A stretch of 64,000 nt of DNA. It comes from Candidatus Komeilibacteria bacterium (GTDB lineage Bacteria; Patescibacteriota; Patescibacteriia; UBA1558; GWA2-36-10). Shown here one piece after another: positions 35,334 through 44,124 of the stretch. The notes under the pieces were generated by a model. It saw nothing but the letters and a program-made list of their open reading frames with translations. It was not told the origin of the DNA and made no database searches. Each line of letters begins with the position of its first letter. Position 1 is the first letter of the stretch. The stretch lies in the NCBI GenBank assembly GCA_018656065.1, contig JABHZY010000024.1, forward strand, positions 224,970 to 288,969, written 5' to 3'. A program made the position numbers and the translations under genes.

Positions 35334-35361
35334 AAAAAAACCACCCGTCAGGGTGGTTTTT
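35334..35361 (-). terminator. tsf terminator (bidirectional hairpin)
   Basis: aaaaaaa-ccaccc-gtca-gggtgg-ttttt. Confidence 0.8.
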
Positions 35362-35370
35362 AAAAATAAT

Positions 35371-36144
35371 TTATAATGAATATTGTCCAAAATCCTCTAC
35401 GCTAGCATTATTTTCTTCCAAAAGCTTTTCAATAGATTTTTTATCATCTTTGACATAAGCTTGTTTAATCAAACATACCTCGGTATAGAATTTATTAACC
35501 TTACCTTCCAAAATCTTAGCAATGACTTCTTCCGGCTTGCCTTCTTTCTTTAGTTGTTCGGTATAAATTTCTTTTTCTTTTTCAATAACTTCAGATGGCA
35601 CATCTTCTGGTTTAATATATTTTGGTGCCATAGCAGTAGCATGCATGGCAATATCTTTAGCTAACTCTTCACTGCCACCTTTAAGTACTAACACGGAAGC
35701 ATTTTTATTATTTGAATGCAGATAAATACCTACTACTTCACCTTCATAAATATCAAACTTAGCTAATTGTAGATTTTCACCAATCTTTACAATCAATTCA
35801 TCCTGAATATATTTGCTAGCCCAAGTAGTAAATTCTTCTTTACCTAATTCCATTAGCTTAGCAGCTAATCCTTGAACGGCAGTTTGAAAATCTTCATTTT
35901 TGGCTACAAAATCTGTTTCACAAGCTAAAGCTACAACAGCAACTTTATTATCTTTCTTTTCAAAAGCAATAACGCCTTCTTTGACTTCTCTATCAGATTT
36001 TTTAGCGGCGATCTTTTGACCTCTTTTTCTTAAAATCTCAATTGCTTTATCTCTATCACCATCAGCCTCTTTCAATGCTTTATTAACATCGCTCATACCG
36101 GCTCCAGTGATTTGTCTAATTTCTTTAATCAATTCTAATGACAT
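35371..36144 (-). CDS. tsf: elongation factor Ts
   Basis: The protein starts MSLELIKEIRQITGAGMSDVNKALKEADGD. I trimmed the ORF-track start (36192), which would overlap rpsB. Confidence 0.92.
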   Translation of the reverse strand: MSLELIKEIRQITGAGMSDVNKALKEADGDRDKAIEILRKRGQKIAAKKSDREVKEGVIAFEKKDNKVAVVALACETDFVAKNEDFQTAVQGLAAKLMELGKEEFTTWASKYIQDELIVKIGENLQLAKFDIYEGEVVGIYLHSNNKNASVLVLKGGSEELAKDIAMHATAMAPKYIKPEDVPSEVIEKEKEIYTEQLKKEGKPEEVIAKILEGKVNKFYTEVCLIKQAYVKDDKKSIEKLLEENNASVEDFGQYSL

Positions 36145-36166
36145 TTTTATTTTTTTTAAAATATAA

Positions 36167-36847
36167 TTAAATACGTGAGCCTTTGATGGCATCAGCTATA
36201 ATATCAGTAATAACTTCAATAGATTTTATAGCATCATCATTGGCAGGAATTGGATAAGCGGCCAATTCTGGATTGACATTTGTATCAGCCATAGCGATTA
36301 CTGGAATACCCATCTTATTGGCCTCTGATACTGCGGTACCCTCTTTTTTCAAATCTACAACAAAAACTGCTTTTGGTAGATTTTTCATAGATTTAATACC
36401 ACCTACGTTTTCTGTTAATTTATTAAGTTCTTTTTTAAACTTAACTTGTTCTTTTTTGGTATACATTTCCCAAGTACCATCTTCCTCTTCTCTTTCTAAT
36501 TTTTCTAACTTTCTAGTCAACTTAACTATATTTTCAAAATTAGTAAAAGTACCTCCTAGCCAACGGCCAATGATATAAGGCATGCCACAGCTCTCAGCAG
36601 CTTCTTTAACAATAGTCTTGGCCTGTTTCTTTGATCCGATAAATAAAATAACGCCCCCGGCTTTTACAGTCTTCTCTACAAAGGCTATAGCTTCTTCTAA
36701 AGCTGTTTGAGTCTTTTGTAGATCAATAATGTGAACGCCGCTGCGTTGAGTGTGAATGTAGTAGTTGGCTTTAGGATATCTTTTTGAGGTCTTATGACCA
36801 AAATGAACACCCTTTTTCAACAACTCTTCAAGTGTTGGTAATTTCAT
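36167..36847 (-). CDS. rpsB: 30S ribosomal protein S2
   Basis: 226 aa with GVHFGHKTSKRYPKANYYI and FVVDLKKEGTAVSEANKMGIPVIAMADTN. Confidence 0.95.
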   Translation of the reverse strand: MKLPTLEELLKKGVHFGHKTSKRYPKANYYIHTQRSGVHIIDLQKTQTALEEAIAFVEKTVKAGGVILFIGSKKQAKTIVKEAAESCGMPYIIGRWLGGTFTNFENIVKLTRKLEKLEREEEDGTWEMYTKKEQVKFKKELNKLTENVGGIKSMKNLPKAVFVVDLKKEGTAVSEANKMGIPVIAMADTNVNPELAAYPIPANDDAIKSIEVITDIIADAIKGSRI

Positions 36848-37001
36848 ATTTTTTCCTTTCTTTACCCGTATTTTCTTATTTAACGGCCCCTTTTTCTAAT
36901 GGGGAAGGTCAGTTAAATAAATACTGAAAATACTTATGATTAATTAAACAGGAATACTTTAACATAAAATTTTAAATAAATCAAGCCCTTAGCCCTAATA
37001 T

Positions 37002-37030
37002 TTGACAAAAATCGATTTTTTTACTTAAAT
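37002..37030 (+). promoter_or_regulatory. candidate promoter of the Cys/His-rich islet gene
   Basis: TTGACA (37002-07), 17-nt spacer, TTAAAT (37025-30). AAGGA lies 7 nt before ATG 37090. Confidence 0.4.
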
Positions 37031-37089
37031 ATACAAGTAATAATAGTTCCACCGTCCGTAACCACCCCCCTCGTCAAAAGGATAAAATC

Positions 37090-37353
37090 ATGTGCAATCC
37101 CTACCAAATTACGGAAATCTGCCATATTCGTGGCCACGGCTGCAACCTCTGCAATGGTCGCAGTCACTGTGAAGACGGTGATACTGTCTGTCCTGAAGGC
37201 CATCGCGTTGGCAGTACTTACATTGGCCTAGTCTGTCGGATTGTTCCAGAAACTGGAACCTGCACGATCTGCCAATCGGTCGTCAAGAATGGCGACCCTT
37301 GTCCCTATGGCCATATTCGTGGCCAGGGCTATCTGTGGCAACTCGCCCAGTAA
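37090..37353 (+). CDS. GC-rich Cys/His-rich mini-protein with an internal repeat
   Basis: 87 aa with 10 Cys and 5 His. It contains CNLC-x12-CPEGHRVG and CTIC-x9-CPYGHIRG, plus an N-terminal CHIRGHG. A hairpin (37374-37396) lies downstream. Confidence 0.6.
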   Translation: MCNPYQITEICHIRGHGCNLCNGRSHCEDGDTVCPEGHRVGSTYIGLVCRIVPETGTCTICQSVVKNGDPCPYGHIRGQGYLWQLAQ

Positions 37354-37495
37354 CGCTCACCAGAGCATATCGGAGCACCCCAACCCAAGGGGTGCTTCCT
37401 AACATTCTTGACATTTTATACTCAATCTGTTACCTTATTGGGGTATTAATTTTTATCTCGGATTAGATCCGAGACGGATAAATTAGAAAAAACAT

Positions 37496-37861
37496 ATGAA
37501 AAAAGACTTACATCCAACATATCATGCTGATGCCAAAGTAGTTTGTGCTTGTGGTAATAAACTTATAGTAGGTTCTACTGTAAAAGAAGTCCACGTTGAA
37601 ATTTGTTCAAACTGCCATCCTTTTTATACTGGAAAAGAAAGATTGGTTGATACAGCTGGTCGTGTAGATAGATTTAAGAAAATCACAGATCTTCAAGCTA
37701 AAACTGCTAAAACTAGAAAAGGTAAAGCAGTCAAAAAAGCTAAAGCAGCCGAAAGAAAACTTGAAAAAGAAAAAGCTAAAATCAAGGCTGAAATTGCAGA
37801 AAACAGTAAACCAGCTGCTGAAAGAAAAAAAACTACAGCCAAAAAAGCTACTAAAAAATAA
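37496..37861 (+). CDS. rpmE: 50S ribosomal protein L31 (Zn-ribbon type) with a Lys/Ala-rich C-terminal extension
   Basis: [25 protein letters not shown] core, followed by a charged tail of about 55 aa. Confidence 0.9.
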   Translation: MKKDLHPTYHADAKVVCACGNKLIVGSTVKEVHVEICSNCHPFYTGKERLVDTAGRVDRFKKITDLQAKTAKTRKGKAVKKAKAAERKLEKEKAKIKAEIAENSKPAAERKKTTAKKATKK

Positions 37862-37917
37862 CATTGCTAAAATAAACAAAGAAGCGCCGATTTTATAATA
37901 GGGGCTTTTTTGTTATA

Positions 37918-38979
37918 ATGAAATATATGGATATAAAATTAGAAGAATACAAACAAAAAGCTAGCGAGCTAGAACAAGAGATGCAAAAACCAAACATCGT
38001 CTCTGATGCTAGCCAAATGTCTCGTCTTGGTAAAGAATATAATGAAATCAAGGAAATTTTAGAATTGGCTGAAATTTTAGCAAAGGATAATCACGACTTA
38101 GTTAGTCTAAGAGAATCTATCAAATTAGAAACTGATGATGAAATGATTGCCATGACTCAAGAAGAGGTTAATGTCTTGGAACAAAGAATATCAGAGAATG
38201 AAGAAAAAGTAGACGAGTTGATTAATCCAGATGATCCTAATGACAAAAAAAATATAATCTTAGAGATTAGAGCTGGCACTGGCGGCGATGAATCAGCTTT
38301 ATTTGCAGCTGACCTATTTAGAATGTATTCACGCTTTGCAGAAGAAATGAATTTCAAAATAAAAATCATGTCATCTAATAAAACTGAAATTGGCGGTTTT
38401 AAAGAAATCATCGCTGAAGTTGAAGGTGATAACGTTTATAAACATTTTAAATATGAAAGTGGTGTCCATCGAGTCCAACGCGTACCAGAAACCGAAAAAT
38501 CAGGTCGAGTACACACTAGCGCCGCCTCAGTCGCTGTAATGCCTGAAGCTGAAGAGATTGACCTTCAAATAGAAGCTAAAGACCTACGTATAGACACCTT
38601 CTGTTCTTCTGGCTGTGGTGGTCAATCAGTAAACACTACCTATTCTGCTGTACGTATTACTTACTTACCTACGAATACAGTAGTTTCCTGCCAAGATGAA
38701 AAATCTCAACTTCAAAATAAAGAAAAAGCTATGGCTATTTTACGCTCTCGTGTCTTAGCTGATATAGAAGCTGAAAAACATGCTAAAAATGCAGCCGAAA
38801 GAAAAAGCCAGATAGGCACTGGCGATAGATCAGAAAAAATCCGTACATATAATTTTCCTCAAGATAGAATGACTGATCATCGTATAAAATTATCATTACA
38901 TAATCTAGATAAAATACTTGATGGCGATATAATGCCAATAATAAAACCTTTATGGCAAGCAGCCAAAGCTCAAAAATAA
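37918..38979 (+). CDS. prfA: peptide chain release factor 1
   Basis: 353 aa with [12 protein letters not shown] (PxT-type) and the GGQ motif ([10 protein letters not shown]). Confidence 0.92.
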   Translation: MKYMDIKLEEYKQKASELEQEMQKPNIVSDASQMSRLGKEYNEIKEILELAEILAKDNHDLVSLRESIKLETDDEMIAMTQEEVNVLEQRISENEEKVDELINPDDPNDKKNIILEIRAGTGGDESALFAADLFRMYSRFAEEMNFKIKIMSSNKTEIGGFKEIIAEVEGDNVYKHFKYESGVHRVQRVPETEKSGRVHTSAASVAVMPEAEEIDLQIEAKDLRIDTFCSSGCGGQSVNTTYSAVRITYLPTNTVVSCQDEKSQLQNKEKAMAILRSRVLADIEAEKHAKNAAERKSQIGTGDRSEKIRTYNFPQDRMTDHRIKLSLHNLDKILDGDIMPIIKPLWQAAKAQK

Positions 38980-39788
38980 TAAGCATCAAAGAGCTAATCA
39001 CAAAATACAAAGGCCAAATAGATATTAATGAGTTAGACCAACTTATGGCTTTAGTTTTACATAAAAACATAGCCTATATTTATAAAAATCCCGACAAACA
39101 ACTTAGTAGGTCAAATATATTAGCTTTTAAAAAAATACTAAACAAAAGATTAGCTAATTATTCGCTAGCTTATCTTAAGAAAAATAAAGAATTTTATAAA
39201 CTAAATTTTATTGTAAACAAACACACCTTAATCCCCCGTCCTGATAGTGAGTTAATAATAGAAGAGGCTCTAAAAAATACTAGCAACAATCAAAATATTA
39301 TAGATATTGGCACTGGCTCTGGTGCTCTAATATTATCTTTAGCTAAAAACAATAAACATACAGCAAATTATATAGCTACTGATATTTCAACTAAGGCACT
39401 GGACATTGCCAAAACTAACGCCCGTAAATTAAAACTAAAAAACAAAATTAAGTTTATAAAAACTAATTTACTAGATAATATTTCTGAGCAATTTGATATT
39501 ATAATAGCTAATCTGCCATATCTCACTCCAGTGCAAATGCAAGAAGCTAGTATTAAAAAAGAACCCGTCACTGCCCTACTCTCTGGTCAAGATGGTTTAG
39601 ATCATTATAAAAAACTATTAAAACAATTACCAAAGTATTTAAATAAAAAATATCTAATACTTCTAGAAATAGACCCTGCCCAAGAAAAATTAATAAAAAA
39701 AGAGATTATTATTAATCTCCCTCAGGCTAATATAAAATTTCTCAAAGATTTAGCTAATAATATAAGAATAGTAAAAATTACTAACTAA
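38952..39788 (+). CDS. prmC: release-factor glutamine N5-methyltransferase
   Basis: 278 aa with [17 protein letters not shown] and IIANLPY. It overlaps the prfA end. Confidence 0.85.
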   Translation: MASSQSSKIISIKELITKYKGQIDINELDQLMALVLHKNIAYIYKNPDKQLSRSNILAFKKILNKRLANYSLAYLKKNKEFYKLNFIVNKHTLIPRPDSELIIEEALKNTSNNQNIIDIGTGSGALILSLAKNNKHTANYIATDISTKALDIAKTNARKLKLKNKIKFIKTNLLDNISEQFDIIIANLPYLTPVQMQEASIKKEPVTALLSGQDGLDHYKKLLKQLPKYLNKKYLILLEIDPAQEKLIKKEIIINLPQANIKFLKDLANNIRIVKITN

Positions 39789-39815
39789 AAAATCACGTTA
39801 AGCAACGTGATTTTT
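39787..39815. terminator. bidirectional terminator hairpin
   Basis: aatcacgtt/aacgtgatt 9-bp stem with flanking A and T runs. Confidence 0.75.
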
Positions 39816-39822
39816 AAATAAT

Positions 39823-40851
39823 TTAAATCATAGTGAGCATATCTATATCTGGAATGATTTGTACCCAAGTCTTACCAGGTACTAACTCTATTGTATTGAG
39901 ATCAAAATCGTAAAGACTATCTTTTCCATCTCTAGAATCCCACCAAGCTTCTGTCATACCTAGATGATTAAAAATAAAAGCCTTACCATAACTTTGATTA
40001 TCCATCTCTCTTCTGCCTAAATCATCAACGATTTTAGTATCCACAACTTTGATAATTATATTATCTGCCTTAACTTGTTCGCCAGTATGATAAATAAATT
40101 TGTCATCACCCTGCCAACGTAAATAAGCATTTAATCTATCATTAAATTTCCAATCAACTTTATATACTCCGTTATAATCAACAAAAAAATCTAAAACAAC
40201 TCCTTTCTCTGGTTCCGGACTAAAAAATTTCCAATTTTTTTCTAAGTTTATATCCGCTATTTCATTAAGCTCCCCTGCTCTTAACCAATTTGAAGAAGAG
40301 GTAAATACATTGTGTGGAGCATCTAAATTATCATCTCTCCAGAAATATATTTCTCCTGCACCGATTTGATCAATTTCATAAAAATCATAACTATCCATAC
40401 TGTTTAGAGCTTTTGGACTACCGCCTACGTGCATATATATTCCATTGTATTCATTTGCCCAATCCATAAAATATGGTCTAGCTGATCGAACTGGACCAAC
40501 TTTATCAATACTCTGACGACTATCAAAAACTCCCATTAATCTAGTAATATTACCTTCAGCTAGAGCTTCATAAACTATATCCGCTTTATCTAAACCATAT
40601 TGAGGACGAGCATCATAAGAATTATCAAACATAATAGATACAGCAAAAAAATCTTGAGCTGGTTTTTCTAATGCTTCACCATTTAAAGGATGCCTAAAAA
40701 CTTCAGTCTGTTCAATATCATTTTCTATGTTAACTGGAGACTGGTTTGTTTTGGAAGATAACCAATTAAAAATTCCAAGCCCAAGCAAAATAACTGCCAT
40801 AAAAATGACAGCTATTGCAAAATATATTTTGGACTGATGACTTATCATCAA
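39823..40851 (-). CDS. DUF3048-like membrane-anchored protein
   Basis: 342 aa with a TM anchor and DNSYDARPQYGLDKADIVYEALAEGNITRLMGVF. Confidence 0.7.
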   Translation of the reverse strand: MMISHQSKIYFAIAVIFMAVILLGLGIFNWLSSKTNQSPVNIENDIEQTEVFRHPLNGEALEKPAQDFFAVSIMFDNSYDARPQYGLDKADIVYEALAEGNITRLMGVFDSRQSIDKVGPVRSARPYFMDWANEYNGIYMHVGGSPKALNSMDSYDFYEIDQIGAGEIYFWRDDNLDAPHNVFTSSSNWLRAGELNEIADINLEKNWKFFSPEPEKGVVLDFFVDYNGVYKVDWKFNDRLNAYLRWQGDDKFIYHTGEQVKADNIIIKVVDTKIVDDLGRREMDNQSYGKAFIFNHLGMTEAWWDSRDGKDSLYDFDLNTIELVPGKTWVQIIPDIDMLTMI

Positions 40852-40865
40852 GGCTAAATATTAAA

Positions 40866-41576
40866 TTATTTCTTTTCTTCTGGTTTAGCTTCGCCTCCTG
40901 GTTTAGCTTCGCCTTCTGGTTTAGCTTCGCCTTCTGGTTTAGCTTCGCCTTCAGCACCCTCTTCAGCTTCAGCGGCTGCAGCAGCTTCTTCAGCTTCTTC
41001 AGCAGCAGTTTTGATTACCATCTTCTTAGGCACAGTAACATTAGCTACTGGATTATTTGGATCATTCATGATAGTTACTTTTTCATCAACAACTAAATCG
41101 CTGATTACTAATTTCTGACCCATCTCTGTAAAAATACTAACATCAACATCTATCTTAGCTGGTAAATCAGCTGGTAAACATTGGACATCTACAGTAAAAG
41201 CTTTTTTATTTAGTTGAGCACCTTGTTCACGGACAACTTTTGATATACCTATAAATTCCAAAGGAACTTTAGTCTCAACTATTTTTTTAGCATCTATAGC
41301 CATGAAATCAACATGAGTAAGTTTATCAGTTACTGGATCTTGTTGATATTCACGAACAATAACTTTAATTTCTTTATCAGACACTTTAACAGTTACAATA
41401 TTACTAGTGCCAGCTGCTTTTAATGTCTTAAGTAAATCTCTATAATCTACATCTATAGACACTGGTTTTTGAGAAAAACCATAAACAATACCAGGTACTC
41501 TATTGCTTGTTCTGATATCTGTAAGTTGACTTTGTTTATCAACCTTACGTTCGTTTGCTTCTAATATAAATTCCAT
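40866..41576 (-). CDS. rplY: 50S ribosomal protein L25/Ctc with a repetitive acidic tail
   Basis: 236 aa with RVPGIVYG and a tail of EGEAKP x4. Confidence 0.88.
   Translation of the reverse strand: MEFILEANERKVDKQSQLTDIRTSNRVPGIVYGFSQKPVSIDVDYRDLLKTLKAAGTSNIVTVKVSDKEIKVIVREYQQDPVTDKLTHVDFMAIDAKKIVETKVPLEFIGISKVVREQGAQLNKKAFTVDVQCLPADLPAKIDVDVSIFTEMGQKLVISDLVVDEKVTIMNDPNNPVANVTVPKKMVIKTAAEEAEEAAAAAEAEEGAEGEAKPEGEAKPEGEAKPGGEAKPEEKK
40881..40952. repeat. 18-nt x4 tandem repeat (coding, EGEAKP)
   Basis: tggtttagcttcgcct(c/t)c repeated four times inside the rplY 3' end. Confidence 0.9.
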
Positions 41577-41645
41577 ACTTTTTAGACTTAAATTAAAAAT
41601 TCAATGCGTCTATTTAATCATAAACTATCGATAAAGTCAAGGATG

Positions 41646-42740
41646 CTAACCATTTCTTATATAAACATTTTGAGATATCCCTAAAACGATCATAATAGCC
41701 CACATAGAACTACCTCCCGCTGAAACAAGGGGTAGTGGGATACCGGTAACAGGCGATATGCCCATATTCATGCCAATATTAATAAATGTCTGCACCAAGA
41801 GCATAGCTGCAATACCTAGTATCAAATAAGCTCCAAAATCATCCTGGCTCTTTCGCATCACCAAAAATAACCTATAAAATATAAAAACAAATAAAGCTAG
41901 CACCAAAGTAACACCAACTAAACCTAAGTCTTCAGCTATAACAGCAAATATAAAATCTGTGCCCGGCTCAGGTAAAAACCTTAGACTACTTTGAGAGCCA
42001 AGAGCTAATCCCCTGCCAAAAACCTGACCTGAGCCAACTGCCACCATAGATTGGATAACATTATATCCCGTACCCTGCGGATCACGCCCTGGATCTATAA
42101 AAGTTAGTATTCTATCTTGCTGATAAGGTATTAAAATAAAAAACCAAGCAATAACTACTGTTGCTAAAAATGCTCCGGTCAACCACCAAAAATGTGCTTT
42201 TTTAATACCAGTAAAAAGTAAAACAATTATCCAGGTGCCTAATAGCACTAAAGCCGATCCAAGATCTGGCTGCAACATTACTAAACCTACAAACAATAAA
42301 GTTAGCAAGCCCGATTTAACAATATGTCTAAACATAAAAAATTCTCCAGCATACTGAGAAAAATATCGAGCCAAAGTTATAATTAAGGCAATTTTAGCAA
42401 ACTCAACTGGCTGTACATTAAAAAACCCAAAATTAATCCAACCAGTAGTTCCTTTTACTTCTGAACCAAATATTAACACTGCTACTAAAATAAGAGAAAA
42501 TAAAATAAAGATAAGTTTGGCATAAGTCAACCAAACATTATAATTAACGCTTGCAAAAAAGAAAAATAAAATAAAGCCAGATAAGGCAAAAAATATTTGT
42601 TTTCTAAAAACTAAAAAATTATTAGTATCTGTATTTAAACTCAAGCTATATAAAATACTGATGCCTAACACCAGTAAAATACTTACTGCAAAAAATAAAA
42701 GCCAATCTATTCTTTGCCACTTAGCAAAAAAACTAATCAT
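41646..42740 (-). CDS. SEDS-family FtsW/RodA glycosyltransferase
   Basis: 364 aa, multi-TM, with QPVEFAKI, LQPDLGSAL and PLPLVSAGGSS. Confidence 0.9.
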   Translation of the reverse strand: MISFFAKWQRIDWLLFFAVSILLVLGISILYSLSLNTDTNNFLVFRKQIFFALSGFILFFFFASVNYNVWLTYAKLIFILFSLILVAVLIFGSEVKGTTGWINFGFFNVQPVEFAKIALIITLARYFSQYAGEFFMFRHIVKSGLLTLLFVGLVMLQPDLGSALVLLGTWIIVLLFTGIKKAHFWWLTGAFLATVVIAWFFILIPYQQDRILTFIDPGRDPQGTGYNVIQSMVAVGSGQVFGRGLALGSQSSLRFLPEPGTDFIFAVIAEDLGLVGVTLVLALFVFIFYRLFLVMRKSQDDFGAYLILGIAAMLLVQTFINIGMNMGISPVTGIPLPLVSAGGSSMWAIMIVLGISQNVYIRNG

Positions 42741-42745
42741 AATCT

Positions 42746-43660
42746 TTATCTAATTTCGAATTCTGGATCTGCATAAATATTCTTGAAGATATTTTTATCT
42801 AATTTGTCTAAAATTGGAAAAACAGTTGCTCTAGTAACTCGAGCTAGCCTGTTTAACCAAACAGTTTCTAAACTTCTAGTCTCTAAGGCTACAAAATCTT
42901 TTGTTTTTAATTCATTAATGGCTACTAAAGTGTCTCCATTATATAAGGCTATTTGCCAATCTATTTCCCAAAAATTATAAACAGAATCATTAAAAACATC
43001 CCAGGATACTCTAGTTGGCGATTCAATAGTTACTCCATCAACGGTCTCTCTGCTAGCAGCTTGGAATTTGATATTGGATGTTTCAATATTAATTTCTGGA
43101 AAACTGCCATCAATACGATACCATTCTATATTAGAAATGACCAGCTCGGGATTTCTAATAGCCTTATCAGATTCATAGGCAGTTAAAGATAGCAGCCTTT
43201 TCTCTTCTGGATTAATAAAGGCTGTTCTGATTGGAGTTTCGACACCTTGAGACACAAAATGATAATCCAAACTTTTAACAGTCCAATCTGCATTTGTATT
43301 TTCAACTAAAGCTACGATATTATATCTTCTATCTCCTAGAGAAATAAAACTAACTTTACCGATTTCAATAGCTTCTGGTGCGTTTTGAGAATGATAATTT
43401 GCCCAATTAAATGTGCTCTGCTGAATCTGCATGGCTGATGTAGAAAAGCCTGTTCCTCTAAAATAAGTAATGGCTTTAAATATCAACACACCGTAAAAAA
43501 TAATAAAAACTAATATAATTAACCCAAAAACTAGCTTCTTAATCAATAATTTATGAGTAAGCAAAAAATATCCTCTTTCCAACTCTGCTTTACTAATTGG
43601 TTTATAATCATTCATATTAATATTTATATTATACAATATTTGTGTATTAATGCCAATCAT
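42746..43660 (-). CDS. hypothetical membrane-anchored protein
   Basis: 304-aa ORF with one TM and no recognised motif. Confidence 0.55.
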   Translation of the reverse strand: MIGINTQILYNININMNDYKPISKAELERGYFLLTHKLLIKKLVFGLIILVFIIFYGVLIFKAITYFRGTGFSTSAMQIQQSTFNWANYHSQNAPEAIEIGKVSFISLGDRRYNIVALVENTNADWTVKSLDYHFVSQGVETPIRTAFINPEEKRLLSLTAYESDKAIRNPELVISNIEWYRIDGSFPEINIETSNIKFQAASRETVDGVTIESPTRVSWDVFNDSVYNFWEIDWQIALYNGDTLVAINELKTKDFVALETRSLETVWLNRLARVTRATVFPILDKLDKNIFKNIYADPEFEIR

Positions 43661-43724
43661 TTGGCAATACTAGATTAGCTATGTTATAATAATAGCGAAA
43701 TTAAAAATAAAATAAAATAAAAAA

Positions 43725-44027
43725 ATGTTAGAGACTTCAAAGGACTTATTAAACATCATGATGGGCTCTTCAGTGTTACTAGTAGCCTTATTATTTTCAT
43801 GGTTACTATATCAAACTGCTCGTACACTCAAAGGAGTAAATGACACCATTAAAGTAATACAAAATATAATTGGTAATATTGATGAAGGAGTTACTACTTT
43901 TAAAAGTAAGGCTGGTAACGCAGCTGCATTTTTGACAGTATTTATCAAAAGCGCTCAATCAATATTGACTACTATCGACCAGAAAAAAACTAGAAAGAAA
44001 TCTAGAAAGAAATCTAGAAAGAAATAA
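43725..44027 (+). CDS. hypothetical small membrane protein with an (S/T)RKK repeat tail
   Basis: 100 aa with one TM. The C-terminal KKTRKKSRKKSRKK comes from a 12-nt x3 repeat. Confidence 0.5.
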   Translation: MLETSKDLLNIMMGSSVLLVALLFSWLLYQTARTLKGVNDTIKVIQNIIGNIDEGVTTFKSKAGNAAAFLTVFIKSAQSILTTIDQKKTRKKSRKKSRKK

Positions 44028-44058
44028 AAATAAAAATAAAACCCAACTTAGGGACAAT

Positions 44059-44099
44059 CCCGATACATAATAATATAATAACTAATGTTATCGGGTTTT
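44059..44099 (+). terminator. rho-independent terminator
   Basis: cccgata...tatcggg stem followed by tttt. Confidence 0.55.
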
Positions 44100-44124
44100 A
44101 TTATCAAAGCAAAAAATATCAAAC

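Noticed and set aside
36145-36192. 16-codon N-terminal extension of tsf in the ORF track (MPSKAHVFNYILKKIK).
   Set aside because: It would overlap the rpsB 3' end. EF-Ts homology begins at MSLELIKEIR, so the start was set at 36144.
37456-37474. Perfect 7-bp hairpin tctcgga-ttaga-tccgaga, 22 nt upstream of rpmE, as a Zur box or L31 autoregulatory site.
   Set aside because: It is a single short hairpin that I could not match to a known operator consensus. The evidence is insufficient.
36848-37495. Replication origin in the divergent rpsB/rpmE intergenic region.
   Set aside because: I saw no cluster of DnaA-box-like TTATCCACA motifs, and no dnaA or dnaN is nearby. The region is occupied by GC-rich islet 3.
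40881-40952. Possible CRISPR-like array.
   Set aside because: It is four contiguous 18-nt units with no spacers, lying in frame inside rplY. No CRISPR array or cas gene is present anywhere in the window.
40766-41096. ORFs encoding AKLNQK or FSFAFW repeats.
   Set aside because: They are other frames or strands of the 18-nt tandem repeat in the rplY tail and of the DUF3048 gene start.
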